DNA of 22,492 nucleotides from Chlamydiota bacterium (GTDB lineage Bacteria; Chlamydiota; Chlamydiia; Chlamydiales; RGXB01): NCBI GenBank assembly GCA_947494155.1, contig CANLTW010000019.1, positions 1 to 22,492 of the forward strand, read 5' to 3'. Shown piece by piece: positions 16,541 to 22,492 of this stretch (position 1 is its first letter; each line of letters starts with the position of its first letter). The notes under the pieces were generated by a model. It saw only the letters and a program-made list of their open reading frames with translations, ran no database searches and was not told where the DNA came from. The position numbers and the translations under genes were made by a program.

Positions 16541-16622
16541 AAACTGTTCGAACTCAGTGTTAAAGGTCGCAAGAAACTTCTAAAAAACCATGTTAGTTAA
16601 AGGCATTAATTTGGGGATTAAA

Positions 16623-18131
16623 TCAAAGGAAATCCTTAAAAAGGCGATTGGCTATAAACCCTTTCCATTTATTCAAAGCCGGTTCTTTATTCATCTGTGG
16701 TATGGTGATTTTTCTGGAATTCTGATAGGAAAAATCCCTTAGAAGCATTTCATCTAATTTCCGTTTAAATTGCGGACTTTGAATCACAAGTATACCTTCG
16801 GAATTCCAAATCAGACTAGCTGAATCCAAGTTTGAAGACCCAACACAGCAAGGCTCATTTTCTCCTATACCAAAAGAAAAAACCTTTTGATGGGTAGAAG
16901 AGGTACCACTACCTTCATCCGCTAACCACTCGTAAAAATCCACAGTCCCAGCCGGTACGGATTTCAAAAAAGAGCGAATTTGGCTTTGGGCAGTTGTAGC
17001 GACTATCCCAATCGTCGATTCTGGTCCAATGCTTCTATTGGAGAGAATTTTGAATAACACCCCCCTCTGCGCCGCCCTATAAATTCCCCTCCACAAATTC
17101 TTGGTGGGAAGAAGGTATCCGGTTGCAAATTCTATAGTAGCATCATCTGGTACATGCTTTAGCATTGAAACTAAAAAATTAGAGATATATCGCAAGTTAT
17201 TTGTGTTATATTCACGTGCTGTCACGTAGATAAATCTCAAAAAGGCATCCCCCACCTCTTTAGGGAAAGCTGTTGAGGATTTCTCTAGAGCTTGCTGCTG
17301 AATTTTTTCCATTTCTTGAATAGCCGATTGGACATGAGAGAGAAGATATTTTTGAAAGTAGGGATTGGGATTTTTTAACTGAAACCTAGCAGAATCAATA
17401 AATCGACTCAAAATATCCTCTGTAACCGTTCCCATAACTTGAACGTCAGTATCTCTCATGGGATATGCGAGACTCCCAGAGAAACCCTGTTTTTCATAAA
17501 AAGGGACTTTTTTATGGCTCCCATCCTCATTTTTTCCCCCCGAAAGAAGGTACATATCTCCCGTATTCTTTCCCCCCATAATAACCTTAAGCGGAGCCCC
17601 TTTGCTGTTCCACGTTATAAAGTATTTTTCATGGTCCACCGGTAAAATCAAAAAAGTATTTGTAAGGTAGGAATAGGGTATACTTGTCGGTATGACAAAT
17701 CCATTTCCCCTGGATTTATTTACAAAATCTTGAAGGTATTCGGGTATTGGATTGATTTTTCCCTCCCTAATGCCCTTTTTTAATTCTGTTTGAACCGAGG
17801 TTACCGTTCCCTTGACATCATACTGAATGAATACCTTAGCTCCACTCTGCGCTTTTTCCAGAAGTTTTTTTAAAATTAGCCCTCCTGTTTCATCATTCCA
17901 AAACTCATAAGCTTTTATAAAAATGAAATTTGCTTCATCAATATTTTGTAATCTTTTATTTAGAGAATCGATTCCATTCACGATCAACTCGACTCTATTA
18001 TTTTTATGAGATCGAGAAAAAGTCGTTTGATCCAAATGTTTTTGAAATTCAGGATTGCGAAACCAGTGTTGGTCCGAAGCAAGAGAGCTTACTAGATAGA
18101 TCCCTATAAGAAACACGATTTTTCTATACAT
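16623..18131 (-). CDS. phospholipase D / cardiolipin-synthase-like family protein with signal peptide
   Basis: Two HxK motifs (DHEKYFIT...GGKNTGDMY...MRDTDV and THQKVFSF...VGSSNLDSAS...NSE); N-terminal MYRKIVFLIGIYLVSSLAS. Confidence 0.88.
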   Translation of the reverse strand: MYRKIVFLIGIYLVSSLASDQHWFRNPEFQKHLDQTTFSRSHKNNRVELIVNGIDSLNKRLQNIDEANFIFIKAYEFWNDETGGLILKKLLEKAQSGAKVFIQYDVKGTVTSVQTELKKGIREGKINPIPEYLQDFVNKSRGNGFVIPTSIPYSYLTNTFLILPVDHEKYFITWNSKGAPLKVIMGGKNTGDMYLLSGGKNEDGSHKKVPFYEKQGFSGSLAYPMRDTDVQVMGTVTEDILSRFIDSARFQLKNPNPYFQKYLLSHVQSAIQEMEKIQQQALEKSSTAFPKEVGDAFLRFIYVTAREYNTNNLRYISNFLVSMLKHVPDDATIEFATGYLLPTKNLWRGIYRAAQRGVLFKILSNRSIGPESTIGIVATTAQSQIRSFLKSVPAGTVDFYEWLADEGSGTSSTHQKVFSFGIGENEPCCVGSSNLDSASLIWNSEGILVIQSPQFKRKLDEMLLRDFSYQNSRKITIPQMNKEPALNKWKGFIANRLFKDFL

Positions 18132-18740
18132 CTAAAACCTCGTAAGGTGTAGGAAAATAAAAAATATTATTAATGCGGGAATTGAAAAAAGGAGCCATCC
18201 ACAAGAGACGAAAGCTATCGAGCGCAGTAGGGAAAATTTTTCTACTGCACGAAGAGCAGAAATGGTCAAACCGATCGACCATATGGCTAAACAAACATTG
18301 ATAAAATGAAAAATATTTGTCCAAGGATTGCCGCCCCCAACTTGAATAAAAGCCTCTTCAGGTTCAATAACGAAAATAGCTATCCAAGAAAGAAAAATCC
18401 CTAATGCTGTGACTTTCGACCATGCAAGGGCAGCCTTAAGGTGCTCTAATGGAGCTGTACCCTGGAAAACTCTTTGGCAGTAGAATAAAATATGACTCAG
18501 GATACCTAACCAAAGACAACCTAAAAAAGGGGCAAGAAATAGAGCTAAGAACACCAAAGCCAGGGTGTCCATGCCTAGACCAAGGGATAGAACGTTAAAG
18601 AAAAAGAATAAATTTTCGAAAGCTAGAATAAAAACTATAAATTGCACCCCATAAGAGGGGTTGTTTTGAATAATGTTTCTAATAGTGTCTGCCGGATAAA
18701 CCCACATAGACAGCCACGGGTTGCAATTTGAGCTATTCAT
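18132..18740 (-). CDS. Yip1-domain membrane protein
   Basis: NPWLSMWVYPADTIRNII N-terminal signature, ~5 TM, LKAALAWS; its TAG directly abuts the PLD ATG. Confidence 0.8.
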   Translation of the reverse strand: MNSSNCNPWLSMWVYPADTIRNIIQNNPSYGVQFIVFILAFENLFFFFNVLSLGLGMDTLALVFLALFLAPFLGCLWLGILSHILFYCQRVFQGTAPLEHLKAALAWSKVTALGIFLSWIAIFVIEPEEAFIQVGGGNPWTNIFHFINVCLAIWSIGLTISALRAVEKFSLLRSIAFVSCGWLLFSIPALIIFFIFLHLTRF

Positions 18741-18924
18741 TGTAAATAATTTAAGGTTTTTTTTCCTTTAAACAACAATCTCGATATTCTGTAAATACAA
18801 ACATTAGGGACGCTGAAAAATATGCTAAAAATTAATATTTTATCCTGTTTTCTTTTTGGCTTTTCTGCTAATCTTAGTGTTGTCTGTGCGTATTCTCTTT
18901 TTCTTTTTGAATTTACTCTTATAG

Positions 18925-19647
18925 GTGCATTCGTTGAAATCCCTCTTTTCCTTGCTTCTAGGTGTTTTTTTTGTAACTGGATGTACCAGTTACAGATCTT
19001 TTGATGTGAAAGTTGATTCAATCTCTACTTTGAGAGCGAAAGAAAAAAAGAGCTATGTTCTTTTACCGGGGAATAAAGAAGGGAAGATTTCGGATCTGCA
19101 GTTTCAGGAGTTTGCGGCCTTTACGGAAAAAGCTTTGGACGCGCGAGGGTTTAGGAAAGCCTCGAGTATTGACGAGGCACAAATAGCTATTTTACTCAGC
19201 TATGGGATCAGCGAGCCGCAAATCTATAATTACGCCTGCAGTGAGCCGATTTATGGGCATATTGGAAACTCTTTTACAGGCTCTTTCACTACAATCCATT
19301 TGTTTGGGAAATCATTCACCTACGCAGAAAATACCCAACATACCCCATCTTATGGAGTTGTGGGGTCAACAACCCGTCTAAACACCCAGGTTATCTTTTC
19401 CAAACACATGGGAATTACAGGAGTGGATTTAGAGCGGTTTAAAAAAACGGGCACACTTGAAGAGGCTCAAGAGATTTGGTCTACAAAAGCCCAAAGTCTG
19501 GGAGCTTCAAATGATCTACGAGAAATATTTCCGGTTCTCTTGATTGCGTCACAAAAACATATTGCGGATAACACCCAAAAAATGGTCTCGTACTCGATCC
19601 GAGATGACGCTAAGCTAGAAAAAAAAATCCACGAATTAAAAAACTAG
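18925..19647 (+). CDS. lipoprotein (DUF4136-like)
   Basis: GTG start; signal ending VTG-C; SDLQFQEFAAFTEKALDARGF and ILLSYGI pattern. The family assignment is tentative. Confidence 0.75.
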   Translation: MHSLKSLFSLLLGVFFVTGCTSYRSFDVKVDSISTLRAKEKKSYVLLPGNKEGKISDLQFQEFAAFTEKALDARGFRKASSIDEAQIAILLSYGISEPQIYNYACSEPIYGHIGNSFTGSFTTIHLFGKSFTYAENTQHTPSYGVVGSTTRLNTQVIFSKHMGITGVDLERFKKTGTLEEAQEIWSTKAQSLGASNDLREIFPVLLIASQKHIADNTQKMVSYSIRDDAKLEKKIHELKN

Positions 19648-19889
19648 CCAAACAGGGTCTACGCGTAAAAGACTTTTTAAAAAATACCCCCCCGAGTCCT
19701 TCGCCCATTTTTTCCTTTCAGAACCAAGAGCTTTCCTTGACTTCTTAAAGAAAAGGGATATAGAATCAATTCATGAGTCGGATCTTCTCTTTCCTTTATT
19801 TGCTCTTTTTCAAGTTTAAGCGCTCCTAGCGCTTTTAACCTACTTTTTTTCACACCTATTTTTTCAAACATTTTCTACAAGGAAATAGC

Positions 19890-21164
19890 ATGCGTACGGA
19901 AAAACTGGGCTTTTGGTCTTTGACCTCATTAGTCGCCGGAAGCCAGATTGGTACAGGAATTTTTTTACTCCCAGCTACTTTAGTCCTCTATGGAGTTTGG
20001 GGGATCGGGAGCTGGTTTATAGCAGGTGGTGGAGCTCTGCTTTTGGCTTTTGTTTTCGGGAGCCTAGCGGCAGACAGACCTAAAACAGGCGGGCCCCATA
20101 CATTTATCGAGGCTGCATTTGGCCCAACCTTCGGATTCTTTTCCGCCTGGTTGTACTGGATCATCTCCTGGTTTAGCTCTTCTTTGGTTGTGGTCTCCAT
20201 TATCACTTACCTGACCCCTTTAATTGGAGATTTGCACCCTCTAGTCGGCCTATTAGCTAAGCTAGGCGTTTTAGCCCTGGTCACCTGGCTGAATATTTTA
20301 GGGGTGAGGTCAGCTGGAAGGACAGAGTTCATATTGACTCTACTGAAGCTTATCCCTCTGGTTCTTGTCCCTTTATGCGGCTTATGGTGCTTCAATTTTG
20401 ATCACTTGCGTTCTTTGATCTCTGGTTCTGTCGGTGGATTCCAAGCAATGAGTGAAGCTACTCTTTTAACATTTTGGGGCTTTATTGGGGTAGAATCGGC
20501 TACAACACCCGCCGAATCGGTGATGAATCCCAAAAAAACTATCCCTAGAGCTTTAATTACCGGAACTCTTCTTGTTGCTTTCGTCTATACCTTTAGCAGC
20601 ACTGTAGTTATGGGGGTAATCCCTTTTGAACAGCTAGCCCAATCCAAAGCTCCATTTGCTGCGGCAGCGCAGAGTATTTTTGGGGGAAATTGGCACCTGT
20701 TGATTTCTGTTGCAGCCTCTCTTGTTTGCCTCGGAACGCTCAATGCCTGGGTATTGACTAGTGGACAGATCGCTCTTGGGGCGGCTCAAGATGGCCATTT
20801 GCCACGCGTATTCATGGAGACAAACAGACAAGGGGTATCAGTTTGGGGTCTAACTGCCTCTTCATTAGGTATCATTCCCGTATTGATTCTCTCAATGAAC
20901 CAAAATCTAGCCTCTACCATTCATTTTACTATAGATGTTTCTGTAACAGCTTTTCTGTTGATTTACACCCTTTCGGTTCTTAGTTATCTCAAACTTTTTT
21001 GGAAAAAGGATTTTCAATCAAAGTGCATAGGGCTTGGGGCTCTGAGTTTCTGCCTCTTTATCCTTGCTACCGCAGGAATTTGGCCGGTGGGGCTCGCTCT
21101 TTTAATGGCTCTCACAGGTCTGCCGTTCTTTTTCTTGAAAAAAAGAAACGCTACGATTGCCTAG
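19890..21164 (+). CDS. APC-family amino acid permease (basic amino acid/polyamine antiporter-like)
   Basis: GSQIGTGIFLLP, PKTGGPHTFIEAAFG, FWGFIGVESA and NPKKTIPRA; 12 TM; AAGGA RBS. Confidence 0.93.
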   Translation: MRTEKLGFWSLTSLVAGSQIGTGIFLLPATLVLYGVWGIGSWFIAGGGALLLAFVFGSLAADRPKTGGPHTFIEAAFGPTFGFFSAWLYWIISWFSSSLVVVSIITYLTPLIGDLHPLVGLLAKLGVLALVTWLNILGVRSAGRTEFILTLLKLIPLVLVPLCGLWCFNFDHLRSLISGSVGGFQAMSEATLLTFWGFIGVESATTPAESVMNPKKTIPRALITGTLLVAFVYTFSSTVVMGVIPFEQLAQSKAPFAAAAQSIFGGNWHLLISVAASLVCLGTLNAWVLTSGQIALGAAQDGHLPRVFMETNRQGVSVWGLTASSLGIIPVLILSMNQNLASTIHFTIDVSVTAFLLIYTLSVLSYLKLFWKKDFQSKCIGLGALSFCLFILATAGIWPVGLALLMALTGLPFFFLKKRNATIA

Positions 21165-21231
21165 AAAAAAATCTTTAGCTTTCGGGCTAAAGATTTTCAC
21201 TTCCTTAATACCCAGTTTATTCTTAAACCAT

Positions 21232-21723
21232 TTATCCAAAAAAGAGCTCCAAAATCTTTTTTTTGCCGATTTTTGACACAAGCTCTTTAAAAGAGACATA
21301 TATAAATAAAAGCATCAAATAATAGACCTGGACTGAGAGAAAAATATTCCACTGCATGCTAGTAAAAAATTGGGTAAAGTCGGCCTCAAAGTGGTGGCTA
21401 TTGTCCCAAAAAATAGGGGCGAATCTGATCATCAGCCGCACTAGAAAAAGGATGATCCAATAAAGAAATGTTTTCCAAGCGATCGGTAGGGCTAAGGGAT
21501 AGTTTTTATAACGATCTATGAAAGGCATGTGATCCAAAATCAAAACGATTTTGGCAATCAAGGCGGCAGCTAAAGCAACTTGGACAAATTTAAATCCCTC
21601 CATGCCCACTTTTTCAAATAAGAGGGTCTCAATCCAATTGATTAGGGTAAAAAAAATGAGAAAAAAGAAAAAAACGGGGCAAATATGGGTGATTTCTTTC
21701 TTGATAAAGAGGTTAAAACGCAT
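21232..21723 (-). CDS. conserved hypothetical 4-TM membrane protein
   Basis: Four hydrophobic segments; AALIAKIVLILDHMPFIDRY...PIAWKT...YVSFKEL pattern resembles a widespread uncharacterised bacterial family. Confidence 0.75.
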   Translation of the reverse strand: MRFNLFIKKEITHICPVFFFFLIFFTLINWIETLLFEKVGMEGFKFVQVALAAALIAKIVLILDHMPFIDRYKNYPLALPIAWKTFLYWIILFLVRLMIRFAPIFWDNSHHFEADFTQFFTSMQWNIFLSVQVYYLMLLFIYVSFKELVSKIGKKKILELFFG

Positions 21724-21846
21724 ATCTTTTTCATAACCCTAAACAGGTGATTTTGTAAAATACCTAATTGAGGAAGATGAAAAAAACTTAAGACCATTCT
21801 GAATATAAGTTTTGACAATTAAACCTTAAGGTTTTAGTTCCAATGT

Positions 21847-22452
21847 ATGAATGCAAATTTTTTAGCCTGTTTATTTTTGTCTAGCTCGTTAGTGGGTCTG
21901 ACACCTCAAGAATCCTTGAAAGAACTGACCGATGGAAACAATCGTTATGTTATGGATAAACTTTTAAACGCAGATCACTCCCAGGATCGGCGAGCTACGG
22001 TCAAACAGGGGCAAAACCCTTTTGCGATTATCCTATCCTGCTCCGATTCGAGGGTGATACCCGAAATCATTTTTGATCAATCTACAGGCAATCTTTTTGT
22101 TGTCAGGATTGCAGGAAATGTTGCAGGAGCGGTTGAACTTGAGAGTATCGAGTTTGCAGCAAAAGTGTTTGAATCTTCAATGATCCTTGTTTTAGGGCAT
22201 GAGTCCTGCGGAGCTGTGAAGGCAGTTATTCAAAATAATACGAAAGACATACCCGAAATTGCATCCCTTATTCAACCCGCAGTAAAAAAAGGTAAGAATT
22301 TAGAGGTGGCGATTAAAGCCAACGTCCAATCTGTTGTCGATAGCCTTAAAAAGAATCCTAATCTTCAAAAGCTCATAGAGGCCAAAAAACTCGATTGTGT
22401 CGGTGGCTACTACAGAATGAAAACAGGAAAAGTAGAGCTTTTGCAACCATAA
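21847..22452 (+). CDS. beta-class carbonic anhydrase, probably exported
   Basis: Zn ligands CSDSR and HESC; GNLFVVRIAGN and LTDGNNRY; short hydrophobic N-terminus. Confidence 0.95.
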   Translation: MNANFLACLFLSSSLVGLTPQESLKELTDGNNRYVMDKLLNADHSQDRRATVKQGQNPFAIILSCSDSRVIPEIIFDQSTGNLFVVRIAGNVAGAVELESIEFAAKVFESSMILVLGHESCGAVKAVIQNNTKDIPEIASLIQPAVKKGKNLEVAIKANVQSVVDSLKKNPNLQKLIEAKKLDCVGGYYRMKTGKVELLQP

Positions 22453-22492
22453 CTTTTTCGTTTTTTTTCGGGGGGGGGATAAACCCTTTTCC

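Larger units (their letters stand above)
11969..18740. mobile_element. decayed genomic island integrated at the ssrA 3' end (right boundary uncertain)
   Basis: Recombinase stub at tmRNA, pseudogene debris, accessory cargo and visibly lower GC than ileS. No duplicated tmRNA 3' end (second att) found in the window. Confidence 0.55.

Noticed and set aside
16545..16560. GTTCGAACTC as a tRNA/tmRNA T-loop fragment (second att site)
   Set aside because: Match to the tmRNA 3' end is too short and there is no acceptor-stem remnant.
18737..19021. 94-aa minus and 60-aa plus ORFs in the Yip1/lipoprotein spacer
   Set aside because: They overlap the lipoprotein start and look like AT-rich chance ORFs in a divergent promoter region.

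Overview
Chromosomal window, most likely from an environmental member of the Chlamydiae. This rests on a chlamydial-type long LepB, a type-2 IleRS and the CT021-like/lepB/ileS/ssrA neighbourhood, all recognised from memory rather than by search. The left half (1-11970) is mostly core genome: MFS transporter, a small lipoprotein, a CT021-like exported protein, lepB, ileS and tmRNA (11582-11968; tag AKREDAEMLLAA). Two extra genes lie between lepB and ileS: a DUF1295 membrane protein and an 850-aa orphan. The orphan is the most interesting item. It carries a CX5R phosphatase loop (CKDDLDR) and an N-terminal acidic LIR/AIM-like motif (DDGDWVNV), so it is a candidate autophagy-targeting phosphoinositide-phosphatase effector (hypothesis only). 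Directly after ssrA is an AT-richer, decayed island. It begins with the C-terminal stub of a large serine recombinase that reads into the tmRNA 3' end and is fused by deletion to a mepB fragment. It continues with an FkbM methyltransferase, crcB/fluC plus DUF190, an orphan bracketed by a ~55-bp imperfect direct repeat, a PLD-family gene with non-canonical HKD motifs and a Yip1 gene. The window ends with a lipoprotein, an APC amino-acid permease, a membrane protein and a beta-carbonic anhydrase. No CRISPR array, rRNA, tRNA or intact IS was seen.
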